Below, one piece after another: positions 1 to 9,010 of a DNA stretch of 64,000 nt (the stretch's first letter is position 1; the number at the start of each line of letters is the position of its first letter). The stretch comes from Clostridia bacterium. GTDB taxonomy: Bacteria; CBDUZB01; JAGLHV01. The notes under the pieces are model-generated. The model was not told the DNA's origin. It saw nothing but the letters and a program-made list of their open reading frames with translations, and searched no databases. Position numbers and translations under genes: made by a program. Location: assembly GCA_030637025.1 (NCBI GenBank), contig DAOVVV010000001.1, forward strand, positions 50,139 to 114,138, in the 5' to 3' direction.

Positions 1-342
1 ATCAAAGGTTACCACCAGCCCTGCCTTTCTTCTCACTGCCCGCAGACGAATAGAAGGATTATTTAAACAATCAAATATCGCTACATCACATTGAGGAAAA
101 TTATCCGGAATTAGTTCAGATTGAGAATATTCCTCATCAACAGGTATTATCTTCACCTCGTTGCCTAAAAACTTTTGTATATGCTCTACCCCTTCCTCCT
201 GGGAAGGAATAACAACCGTAACTTCTACCCCTTTACATTCTTTTATGAATGCCCTCGCTAATGTTTCAATCCTTACTATATGCCCCATTCCCATGTTTCT
301 GCCGCCATAACCAAAAAAAACTACCGAACAAATTTTATTCAT
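1..342 (-). CDS. PseG/SpsG-like UDP-sugar hydrolase or GT-B glycosyltransferase. Only the N-terminal fragment is present, because the gene runs off the window start.
   Basis: Reverse translation from the ATG at 340-342 gives MNKICSVVFFGYGGRNMGMGHIVR... The G-x-GH-x-x-R motif near the N-terminus is typical of the PseG/SpsG/MurG-like fold. A 12-nt gap separates it from the upstream aminotransferase stop. Confidence 0.4.
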   Translation of the reverse strand, partial: MNKICSVVFFGYGGRNMGMGHIVRIETLARAFIKECKGVEVTVVIPSQEEGVEHIQKFLGNEVKIIPVDEEYSQSELIPDNFPQCDVAIFDCLNNPSIRLRAVRRKAGLVVTFD

Positions 343-354
343 ATCTGCCTTGCT

Positions 355-1527
355 TTACCCCAATCCCAGTTCTTCTATTAAACATCTACAAACATATTCC
401 ACATCATCATCCTGCATCAATACCGAAATAGGAAGAGACAATGCTCTTTCATAAACAGTTTCACTGCAAGATAAATCACCGTTGGAGTAACCGTATTTTT
501 TTTGATAAAAAGGATGTATCGATAAAGGAATATAGTGTACCTGCGTTCCTACATTTTTATTACGCAGATTTTTCATAATAATTGACCTTGATTTCTTCAG
601 TTCTATAAAGTTTATTAAAACAGGAAAGAGATGATAAGCACTCGTTGCCTTATAACTAAATGAAAAAAGCGGCATTTCTATCTCTATATATTTGGATAAT
701 AAATCACGATATTTTTTTGCAATAGTATTTCTCTTTTCAATAAAAGAATGCAGCCGTTTTAACTGAGATAATCCTAATGCACACTGCATCTCAGTAATAC
801 GGTAGTTAAACCCTAAAAATTGCATTTCCGCATAGTACGGAGCAGCCTTTTCAGGATAAAAGAATTCAGAACTATTCTTCGTTACTCCATTATTCATAAA
901 TTGACGGACTTTTCGACAAAGGTCATCTCGATTGGTCAAAATCGCTCCGCCTTCCCCGGCACAAAGCGGTTTTACCGGATGGAAAGAAAAGATTACTATA
1001 TCACTATACCGGCAACTCCCTACAGGTTTCTCTTGATAGGTTGCTCCTATTGCATGAGAAGCATCCTCAATAATCCACAAGCCTTTTGCTTTTGCTATTT
1101 GACTAATTCTTTTCATATCACAGGGCAACCCTCCATAATGCATAGGAATAATTCCAACAGTCCGCTCAGTAATTTTTTTTTCCATATCAGTTATAGACAT
1201 ATGAAAGTTCCCCTGTTCATTATCCACAAAGACCGGAATGCCGCCGCAATGAACAACACAATTTGCTCCGGCAACAAACGTATTGTTGGGCACAAGCACT
1301 TCATCACAGTTACTAACACCTAATGCAAAACATGCAGATTGTAAAGCAGCAGACCCGTTTGCCATAACACATGAATTATCAACATGGCAAAATGCAGCCA
1401 GTGCCTTTTCAAATTCAGGCAAAACGGGACCCTGGGTAATGTAATCGGATTTTAAAACCTCAACAACTGCTTTTATATCCGACTCGTCAATACATTGTCG
1501 TGAATACGGCAAAAATTTTCTTTCCAT
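355..1527 (-). CDS. pseC: DegT/DnrJ/EryC1/StrS-family PLP-dependent sugar aminotransferase, PseC-like.
   Basis: 390-aa ORF. The motifs SFHPVKPLCAGEGGAILTN and DASHAIGATYQ are typical of DegT-family sugar aminotransferases. It sits next to pseB-like and pseG-like genes. Confidence 0.75.
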   Translation of the reverse strand: MERKFLPYSRQCIDESDIKAVVEVLKSDYITQGPVLPEFEKALAAFCHVDNSCVMANGSAALQSACFALGVSNCDEVLVPNNTFVAGANCVVHCGGIPVFVDNEQGNFHMSITDMEKKITERTVGIIPMHYGGLPCDMKRISQIAKAKGLWIIEDASHAIGATYQEKPVGSCRYSDIVIFSFHPVKPLCAGEGGAILTNRDDLCRKVRQFMNNGVTKNSSEFFYPEKAAPYYAEMQFLGFNYRITEMQCALGLSQLKRLHSFIEKRNTIAKKYRDLLSKYIEIEMPLFSFSYKATSAYHLFPVLINFIELKKSRSIIMKNLRNKNVGTQVHYIPLSIHPFYQKKYGYSNGDLSCSETVYERALSLPISVLMQDDDVEYVCRCLIEELGLG

Positions 1528-1544
1528 AAATAAAATCCTATCTA

Positions 1545-2837
1545 TTATTTTTCGTCACCATGCCAATTTTCTATATAATCTTTCCATATCTTTCGTGCAG
1601 TTCTTTCTAAATTATGCCTTTTTTTGTATTTATAATAGCGAAAATCAAACCATCTGGGCAAAAGAAAAAACATATCAAGAATATTTAGCCTGTGGGAATT
1701 CAAGGACTTACCGAACTTTTTCTGACACTCTTTATAAATTGTGTCGGCAATAAACCAGGAACTGGAGCGTTCCCCGGGAAAATCAAAATACATTTTAATC
1801 TTCTCCCTGAACTTATCTATTTCAGGACAAACATTCAACTTTTCTTCAGCAGCCTGATCAATTAAAGAAACTGCTTCTAAAAAAGATTTCGGTCTCCAGC
1901 AGTAAAGCAATTCAGGAATCCTATAATTAGTAATTTTCATATGGGAATCCAAATCTTTAAATAACTCTTCTACCGTAATAATCGGCACCCCCATAGAAAA
2001 AGCTTCATAAATTGAAGTTGTCTTCATTACAATAACAGCATGTTGTCCGGACAACCATGACTGAAAGTCTCCTCCATTATCAATAACAAAACGTGAACCA
2101 AAAATTTTCCGGAACGGCTTATAATTTTGAGAATTTTCAAGTTGGTGAGGTCTGAAAGAAACAGTATATCCGCGACGAATAAGCATTTCAGCAATAGTCA
2201 TAAATATTCTGAAAGCCCCAACCTGATACCAGACAAAATCCTCCACTTCACCATCCTTATTAAAATTTATACCTTGTCTGTTTCGTAGTCCATATATAAG
2301 AGAAAGGAAATTTCTATTGTCAAAAATATTTATTGCATTGAATAAACCAACAATACCAACTGTCCGCTTGTGTAATAATTTTCGCTTATAACTTTTTATA
2401 CCGTCAAACTTAGGATTTCCTGATACAAATGATAATCCTTCCGGAAACAACTTTTTTTTATATAGAAGAGAATTCTGCCATTTTCCCCATAAAAAAACCC
2501 TGGTGACATATTTCAAATATGAAGTTTTGTCATTTTTTACCCCTGTATAAGGAATATGCACATGTTCTTCGTTAAACTGGAGCCCTTCCGCCGGTAAGAC
2601 AAAAAGTAACGAGTTTTTTGTCATATCTCTTAATATTTCTTCTGATTTATGATAATTAAGATGACTGTCTAAAAAGGCATGCGGTTTCCAATGACGCCAT
2701 AACTGATATCTATTGTAACGAGTACAGTAACGTACTTTTGCACCCATTTTTTCTAAAAAATACCCAATCCAGTGAAGAGGCAGGAAATCCCGTTGAAATT
2801 CATCTATATGCAACAGTACTTTAAAACCCCTTTGCAC
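1545..2837 (-). CDS. Hypothetical protein in the sugar cluster, possibly a GT-B-like surface-carbohydrate biosynthesis protein.
   Basis: 430-aa ORF lying between the aminotransferase and the LmbE deacetylase on the same strand. The C-terminal region (VIVMKTTSIYEAFSMGVPIITVEE) resembles a GT-B C-terminal nucleotide-binding segment. No family could be recognised with confidence. Confidence 0.55.
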   Translation of the reverse strand: MQRGFKVLLHIDEFQRDFLPLHWIGYFLEKMGAKVRYCTRYNRYQLWRHWKPHAFLDSHLNYHKSEEILRDMTKNSLLFVLPAEGLQFNEEHVHIPYTGVKNDKTSYLKYVTRVFLWGKWQNSLLYKKKLFPEGLSFVSGNPKFDGIKSYKRKLLHKRTVGIVGLFNAINIFDNRNFLSLIYGLRNRQGINFNKDGEVEDFVWYQVGAFRIFMTIAEMLIRRGYTVSFRPHQLENSQNYKPFRKIFGSRFVIDNGGDFQSWLSGQHAVIVMKTTSIYEAFSMGVPIITVEELFKDLDSHMKITNYRIPELLYCWRPKSFLEAVSLIDQAAEEKLNVCPEIDKFREKIKMYFDFPGERSSSWFIADTIYKECQKKFGKSLNSHRLNILDMFFLLPRWFDFRYYKYKKRHNLERTARKIWKDYIENWHGDEK

Positions 2838-2911
2838 AAATAATCTCCTTTACCTGTTTGTTGCGAAGACAAAATTTTGTTGACGGTTTATATCTCTCTG
2901 TAATAAAACAT

Positions 2912-3604
2912 CTACCGGATAGAGCGAATAAGCATAAAAGGCTCCGCCGCTTCATATCCTGCAACGCTTCCCCAATACCGGGCAAGAGTAGTAATGGCTT
3001 CCGGCGAACGAGGGTGTGGAAATTTACGAATTTCTGATTTATAACAAGAAAGCGCCTTTACCTTAATATCCAGTGTTTCTGAAATGTTTACAAAAACATT
3101 AGGTTGAAAAGGCGGATTGAAACTTTGAAAAGCCCATTCGGTTGAGGAGGATATACAGAAAGCATAGATTTCCCGGACCGGTTGGTCCTTTACAGGACGC
3201 GTTGCCGTAAGAACTGCCCGATGAACAATTTGATGGTCTATATTCAAATCTCCGCCCTGATGCGTATATACAACAGAAGGATTAATCTTCTCTATCAATT
3301 TTTCAATAATTTTTACTACATCAAGAAAAGGAATAGTATCAAAGCGATTGTCAGGAAGGTTATTCGTAAATACATCCCGTACACCTAATAAACCCGCTGC
3401 TTGACGGCTACATTTATGAAGTTCATCAACAGCACCTTTAGGAACATCTTTACTTTGCTGATAACGTGATGTAATACCTTCTCCAAGCAATGCAGTGTAA
3501 ACATTATTTCCTTCCTGTGTCAGACGGGCAATTGTACCACCACATCCAAGAACTTCGTCATCCGGATGGGCAGCGATTATCAAGGTTTTTAATTCATCAC
3601 TCAT
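2912..3604 (-). CDS. PIG-L/LmbE-family N-acetylglucosaminyl deacetylase.
   Basis: AHPDDEVLGCGG motif at the N-terminus. Size of 230 aa and conserved His/Asp positions match the LmbE family. Confidence 0.8.
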   Translation of the reverse strand: MSDELKTLIIAAHPDDEVLGCGGTIARLTQEGNNVYTALLGEGITSRYQQSKDVPKGAVDELHKCSRQAAGLLGVRDVFTNNLPDNRFDTIPFLDVVKIIEKLIEKINPSVVYTHQGGDLNIDHQIVHRAVLTATRPVKDQPVREIYAFCISSSTEWAFQSFNPPFQPNVFVNISETLDIKVKALSCYKSEIRKFPHPRSPEAITTLARYWGSVAGYEAAEPFMLIRSIR

Positions 3605-3621
3605 AAAATTTCACCTCATTT

Positions 3622-4620
3622 TCAGACATCACATCCTATTTCTCTTAGCATATCCCGTAGTTGTTCAACCGTAAGCCACTCATCCCTTTTATCACTTTTA
3701 TATACAAACCCGTTGGAAAGATTAGGATATTTATCATATTTTTCACGAATCTTACTGCTCCTGTAAAATTGGGATAAAATCACATAACTCCCATCGACTA
3801 TTTTTGTATTCCTGATTTCATCTTCAGAAATTAATGTTTCATGGATTTTTTCTCCCTGCCTTATCCCTATTATGTTGAATTTACATTCAGGTTCAATCGC
3901 CCTGGCTAAATCAATAATCCTATTAGAATTAATTTTTGGAACGAAGATTTCGCCTCCCACGGATTCTTCTAAAGCTTTAATGGCAAAATTCACACCTTGT
4001 TCCAATGTTATCCAGAAACGGGTCATATTCTCGTCTGTCAATGGAAAATCTTTTATATTCTTGCTTTTTAGGTTTAAAAACAACGGAACAACACTACCTC
4101 TTGACCCCATCACATTACCATATCGTACCACACAAAATTTTACCAACCTCCCTGAATAGGCATTGGCCGCAACGAATATTTTCTCCGCTACCAGTTTTGT
4201 AGCACCATAGAGATTAATAGGATTAACTGCTTTATCCGTGGATATGGTCACAACCTTTTTTATTTTCATATCAATTGCGGCATCTACAATATTGTTTGCC
4301 CCCACAATGTTTGTTTTTACTGCTTCGGTAGGATTATATTCTAAAGCCGGAACTTGTTTTAATGCAGCTGCATGTACAACATAGTCAACACCGTAAAAAG
4401 CCCTGCATAAGCGATCTTTATCCCTTATATCACCCAAAAAATAGCGGATGGGATACCTGGAAGCAGGAAAAGTTTTTGCCATTTCGCTCTGTTTATATTC
4501 ATCACGGCTAAATATTATTAACTTTTTTGGTTTATATTTTTTAAATACGATTTCTGTAAATTTCCGACCAAAAGAACCCGTTCCTCCAGTAAGCAAAATA
4601 ATATTATCTTTCCAATTCAT
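3622..4620 (-). CDS. pseB: UDP-N-acetylglucosamine 4,6-dehydratase (inverting), PseB/FlaA1/CapD-like short-chain dehydratase.
   Basis: LTGGTGSFG Rossmann motif, 332 aa. The YGATK catalytic region matches the PseB/FlaA1 family. Confidence 0.85.
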   Translation of the reverse strand: MNWKDNIILLTGGTGSFGRKFTEIVFKKYKPKKLIIFSRDEYKQSEMAKTFPASRYPIRYFLGDIRDKDRLCRAFYGVDYVVHAAALKQVPALEYNPTEAVKTNIVGANNIVDAAIDMKIKKVVTISTDKAVNPINLYGATKLVAEKIFVAANAYSGRLVKFCVVRYGNVMGSRGSVVPLFLNLKSKNIKDFPLTDENMTRFWITLEQGVNFAIKALEESVGGEIFVPKINSNRIIDLARAIEPECKFNIIGIRQGEKIHETLISEDEIRNTKIVDGSYVILSQFYRSSKIREKYDKYPNLSNGFVYKSDKRDEWLTVEQLRDMLREIGCDV

Positions 4621-4659
4621 TTCAATGCTTCTCCTTCCTTCTATTGATAATTTTTACTT

Positions 4660-5160
4660 TCATTCTACTAACCCTGATAAAACTTTTACTAAATTTTCCG
4701 TTTTTTCCGATATTTCTTTTATCCTCTTTAATCTATCCTGATATATTTCCGCAATATTTTTTTCTTCCTTATTTATAAAAAGACTTGAAGATTTATTGAG
4801 CGTTTCTTGCGTTTTCTCAATTTTATCTGTGGTTTTTTTCATCCGTTGAATTAACCCATTTTTAAAACAATTAATAACAATTTTTAAAACATCAAGATTT
4901 GCCCGGTAAAAATTTTTTCTCTCTCCTTTAATCCATACCTTCTTTACTGCATTCCATCTCTCTAACTCGCGAATGTTTACACTGGCATTACCTTTACTAA
5001 TCTTCAACTTATCAACCATATCATCTAAAGACAAAGGCCCGGGACTTAAAAATAATAATGCATATAGCTGTCCAACTATGCGATTTATACTCAAACTTTC
5101 ACTTAATTGCCCGATTGTCTCAATAAATTCTTCTTCAATTACTTTAAGTTTAGAATTCAT
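4660..5160 (-). CDS. Winged-helix transcriptional regulator, GbsR/MarR-like.
   Basis: 166 aa. The pattern LSLDDMVDKLKISKGNASVNIRELERWNAVKKV matches the HTH region of GbsR/MarR-type regulators. Confidence 0.6.
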   Translation of the reverse strand: MNSKLKVIEEEFIETIGQLSESLSINRIVGQLYALLFLSPGPLSLDDMVDKLKISKGNASVNIRELERWNAVKKVWIKGERKNFYRANLDVLKIVINCFKNGLIQRMKKTTDKIEKTQETLNKSSSLFINKEEKNIAEIYQDRLKRIKEISEKTENLVKVLSGLVE

Positions 5161-5252
5161 AAATAAAGCCTTTCTCTTTTTAATATTTACATTTATTCCT
5201 TTAAAAAATTAAAAAGGAAACAATTTTTGAGCATATCTTTCATTTGCATCTT

Positions 5253-5266
5253 TTAGAACATTCTAA
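5253..5266. promoter_or_regulatory. Palindrome TTAGAA-CA-TTCTAA upstream of the regulator gene, a candidate operator.
   Basis: Perfect 6-bp inverted arms with a 2-bp spacer, about 90 bp upstream of the regulator start at 5160. Confidence 0.25.
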
Positions 5267-5329
5267 ATATATTATATACCAAAAACCTATTTTGTCAATA
5301 GAAAAAACAGACCCACCGGTACTAAAACC

Positions 5330-6511
5330 TTACCCTTTTTTATCCAGAACCCTTACTTTCTTTTTAATTGTCTCACAAACTAATTTTACCTGCAATTTAT
5401 TTAACTCCGGACACATAGGAAGTGACAGTACTTCTTTTGCTGCTTGTTCACTTTGCGGAAAATCACCCTTTTTATAACCTAAAAACTTAAACGCTTTCTG
5501 TAAGTGTAAAGGAAGAGGATAATGTATTGCGGTAGCAATTCCTTCTTCTGCTAATAATCGTTTAACTTTATCTCTATTTTTTACCCTAATAGTATACTGA
5601 TTATAAACATGTTTCACCCCTCTATCGGCAATAGGAAGAATAACCCCTGTTTCTTTCAACAAGCTATTGTACATTTTTGCTATTTCAATTCTCTTATCTA
5701 TCCATTTATTCAAATTTTTCAATTTAACCCTTAAAACAGCCGCCTGTAATGCATCCAGCCGGCTATTACAACCAACAAGGGTGTGTTTATATTTTTTCAT
5801 CGAACCATGTTGATGTAACATTTTAATTTTAACAGCAATTTTTTTATTATTAGTAAGAATCATCCCTCCATCCCCGTATCCCCCTAAATTTTTGGAGGGG
5901 AAGAAACTTAAACACCCAATATCTCCCATTGCCCCTACCCTCTCTTCTTTGTTTCCTTTTCCCTGCCCTTTGCCTTTACCTTTTTCCTTAGCTATCAAGC
6001 CGGAATACCGGGCTCCGATTGCCTGAGCGGCATCTTCGATTATTTTCAGCTTATATTTTTTAGCTATTTTAAGGATTGAGTCCATTTCGGCCGGTTGTCC
6101 GTAAAGATGCACAGGAATTATAGCTTTTGTTTTAGAAGTGATTTTTTCTTCTATCTTTTTTACATCTATATTATAACTTTTTAAATCGATATCTATAAAA
6201 ACAGGCTTTGCCCCGCGTAAAATTATTGCTTCCACTGTAGCAGTAAAGGTAAAAGGCACAGTTAATACTTCATCTCCGGGACCAATATCATAGGCCATTA
6301 GGGCCAGCAATAAAGCATCCGTCCCCGATCCTACCCCCACAGCAAATTTAACCCGGCAATAGTGAGCAATTTCTTTCTCGAACGCCTCCACTTCCGGACC
6401 AAGAATAAAACAGGTACTATCTAAAACCCTCCTAATCGCAATGTCTACTTCTTTTTTAATTGATTTATATTGGGCATTTAAATCTATCAACGGAATTTTT
6501 ACTTTGTTCAT
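5330..6511 (-). CDS. DegT/DnrJ/EryC1-family sugar aminotransferase (ArnB/WecE-like) carrying a low-complexity GKGKGQGKG insertion.
   Basis: 393 aa. FPSKNLGGYGDGGMILTN and DAAQAIGARY motifs. The insertion KEKGKGKGQGKGNKEE falls within the conserved y-G-x-x-v-G-x-x-G-D region. Confidence 0.85.
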   Translation of the reverse strand: MNKVKIPLIDLNAQYKSIKKEVDIAIRRVLDSTCFILGPEVEAFEKEIAHYCRVKFAVGVGSGTDALLLALMAYDIGPGDEVLTVPFTFTATVEAIILRGAKPVFIDIDLKSYNIDVKKIEEKITSKTKAIIPVHLYGQPAEMDSILKIAKKYKLKIIEDAAQAIGARYSGLIAKEKGKGKGQGKGNKEERVGAMGDIGCLSFFPSKNLGGYGDGGMILTNNKKIAVKIKMLHQHGSMKKYKHTLVGCNSRLDALQAAVLRVKLKNLNKWIDKRIEIAKMYNSLLKETGVILPIADRGVKHVYNQYTIRVKNRDKVKRLLAEEGIATAIHYPLPLHLQKAFKFLGYKKGDFPQSEQAAKEVLSLPMCPELNKLQVKLVCETIKKKVRVLDKKG

Positions 6512-6766
6512 TTTTACTCCCTCTTATTTTAGTGTCCCGGCTTAAAAAAAATCCGAATAAATATTTAAAATCAAAATTAAAACTGATCATTCTTTCATCA
6601 AATTTTACTTCTAAATAATAACAAAAAAACCATGAAAAAACAAGAAATAACTACCCCTCAGTCCCAGTATTTATTATGATTATCATTTTCAAAACACATT
6701 TTTTTCTATAATCAGCAAGGCAAAGACTATTAATAAAACATTCAAACCTCTAAATAAAAAATAAAA

Positions 6767-8956
6767 TTATCTTTCTTTACACCAAAAATAAATTTTGCTC
6801 TGCATTTTTATTAATAATAATATTATAGAAAAAATAGTTATATACAAACCTATTCTAAATACGATCGGAATTTCATAAAAAAACTTTACCGTAGATGTCC
6901 CCGGGGATAAATATACCGCCCGCAAACAATAATCTGCCCTATATATTTTATTCTTTACCCCGTTGACATAAACCCTCCACCCAGGATAATAAGTATCACT
7001 CAAAACAAGCCAGGCAGATTTTTTTAAAACGCATTTAATTTCAACTTTAGTTGTTTCATACTTAGTAATTGCAACCTCACCCTTGCTTTTCTCCCGGCAT
7101 TCTACCTCGTTAAAATAACTATGTTCTTGCTCTTTTACTCTGTGGATATTGGATTGTTCCAATATCACTTCTTCCGACGGATTAAAATCACGACTTTTCA
7201 TATATTTTAATATTTTATTTTCCGGCAAAAATTTTACTTTGTTTACCAGGAATGCCCTAGGGAAAAAATCAACATTCTGATAAATGCTTATTCTCCCATC
7301 TTTCACCTTTTTATAACCGGCATTAGCAAAAAAAGGGCTAAACAAATATTTAACATTAACCAAATCCAAAAGTTTATCAATCTCTTCCATTGAACCTGCA
7401 AAAACAATCGAATCTAAAAACCGATCATAATATTTTAGCCTTATATCCTGTCCTCTTAAATTAAAAAGGTGAAAAGGCATATTTATATTACTGTAAAGAT
7501 TATCTTTCAAATTCAGCCAGGCATGTAAATAAGTCCTACCTTCTCCATCTCTTCTTTCAGAAACATTCGGCGTTAAAAAAAACCGGTAAAAATTTTTATC
7601 TTTTTTTAAAAATTCAATTTTTTCCCCTCTAAAAAGGAAAAAAAATTCTCTTAAAGCCGGATTCTGATTTATCCCAAGAATAAACAAATCAATTACTATA
7701 ATAATAAAAATTATACTCTTTATCCATAATTTCTTCTTATTTATATCCACATCTTTATTTGATTTACTAAATAATCGCGACATATATTCTGATAAATAAT
7801 CAATGCTTAATCCACTAATAATACACAAAAAAAATACTACCAAAAACATAAATGTTGCCGGATAACGAATCCAGTGTAAAAAGAAAAAGTGGCGATACAA
7901 CAAATAATAAACAGGGGTATAATAACCAAAAGCTAAAATCATGCAGGAAATTAAACAAAAATAAAAAAAAGACAGGATTTTGTCTTTTCGTTTGAAAAGC
8001 AAATAAAATAGTGAAAATAAAAACGGTAATACTCCTATGTAAAAACAATTTGCCCAAAATTGCCCTTCTGCCCAACATTTTTCTTTTAACGGATTGCCAA
8101 AGAAAAAAGGTTTAATAAAAGTTATTAACCGCTGAAAAGAAAAAGACCAGATAGATGCCATACTAAAATCAAACCCCTTTCCACCCCGCACGGAAAGACT
8201 TAAAAATTCTAATGAAGGCAAAAATTGAACAGAAGAAAAAACAATACTTAAAAAACCCGCACTAATAAAAACAAATCCTATATTTAACAAGTGATTTTTT
8301 GTACATTTTTTTTTCAATATAAATGTTCCAAAAAAATTATAAAAAAACAAAATTAATAATGTATATATTAAATACTGAATATGTCCGGAAAAAAACTGAT
8401 AACTCAAACACAAAGCTAAAAACAATATGATTTTTTTTTCTTTTACACCTCTCTGAAATAACAACACAATTAAAGGAACCCATATTACTACCCCTAAAAT
8501 ACTTAAAAATTGTAAACGGGTACTGATACATCCATTAAACATAAACAAAATTGTAGAAATAAGTATAGCCATTTTCGATATCCGTTTAGTGAAAATTTTA
8601 TCAGTAGAGAAACTATTCATTAACAAAGCAAAAAAATACCCCCCCATAAAAAGATGTAATACTACAAAAATTTTATAGGCTAACGGAAAATTAAAAAGAT
8701 AAAATAATATGGTAAAGGGATAAAATAATGCAGATTGCAGATTGGCTAAAAAAGGCATTCCTGAATAAATATAAGGATTCCATAACGGCAGTGTCCCTTT
8801 AATTATGTTTTCTTGTGCAAAAACACGATAAGGATGAAATTGATATAAAATATCCTGAATAAAAAAACAACAGGGCCTAAATAAGATTTTAGACAAAAAT
8901 ATAATAATTAACGACAAAGAAATAAAACAAAATAATTTTATATCTTTTGCTCTCAT
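6767..8956 (-). CDS. YfhO-family polytopic membrane protein, a GT-C-like glycosyltransferase.
   Basis: 729 aa with many transmembrane segments. The N-terminal DILYQFHPYRVFAQENIIKGTLPLWNPYIYSGMPFLAN motif is characteristic of YfhO. It pairs with the adjacent GtrB-like GT2. Confidence 0.7.
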   Translation of the reverse strand: MRAKDIKLFCFISLSLIIIFLSKILFRPCCFFIQDILYQFHPYRVFAQENIIKGTLPLWNPYIYSGMPFLANLQSALFYPFTILFYLFNFPLAYKIFVVLHLFMGGYFFALLMNSFSTDKIFTKRISKMAILISTILFMFNGCISTRLQFLSILGVVIWVPLIVLLFQRGVKEKKIILFLALCLSYQFFSGHIQYLIYTLLILFFYNFFGTFILKKKCTKNHLLNIGFVFISAGFLSIVFSSVQFLPSLEFLSLSVRGGKGFDFSMASIWSFSFQRLITFIKPFFFGNPLKEKCWAEGQFWANCFYIGVLPFLFSLFYLLFKRKDKILSFFYFCLISCMILAFGYYTPVYYLLYRHFFFLHWIRYPATFMFLVVFFLCIISGLSIDYLSEYMSRLFSKSNKDVDINKKKLWIKSIIFIIIVIDLFILGINQNPALREFFFLFRGEKIEFLKKDKNFYRFFLTPNVSERRDGEGRTYLHAWLNLKDNLYSNINMPFHLFNLRGQDIRLKYYDRFLDSIVFAGSMEEIDKLLDLVNVKYLFSPFFANAGYKKVKDGRISIYQNVDFFPRAFLVNKVKFLPENKILKYMKSRDFNPSEEVILEQSNIHRVKEQEHSYFNEVECREKSKGEVAITKYETTKVEIKCVLKKSAWLVLSDTYYPGWRVYVNGVKNKIYRADYCLRAVYLSPGTSTVKFFYEIPIVFRIGLYITIFSIILLLIKMQSKIYFWCKER

Positions 8957-9010
8957 AAACTTTTCTTTCTATTTAAAATTAACAAAAAGCCAGTAAATTT
9001 AAAGGTATTT

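Noticed and set aside
820-1323. Plus-strand ORF of 167 aa lying inside the DegT aminotransferase gene.
   Set aside because: It is antisense to a well-supported minus-strand gene. The sequence is low-complexity and AT-codon-rich, with no motif. It is typical of shadow ORFs in AT-rich DNA.
7815-8531. Small minus-strand ORFs at 7815-8078 and 8337-8531 nested in the YfhO gene.
   Set aside because: They are alternative-frame ORFs fully contained in the 729-aa YfhO reading frame. They are hydrophobic, low-complexity artefacts.
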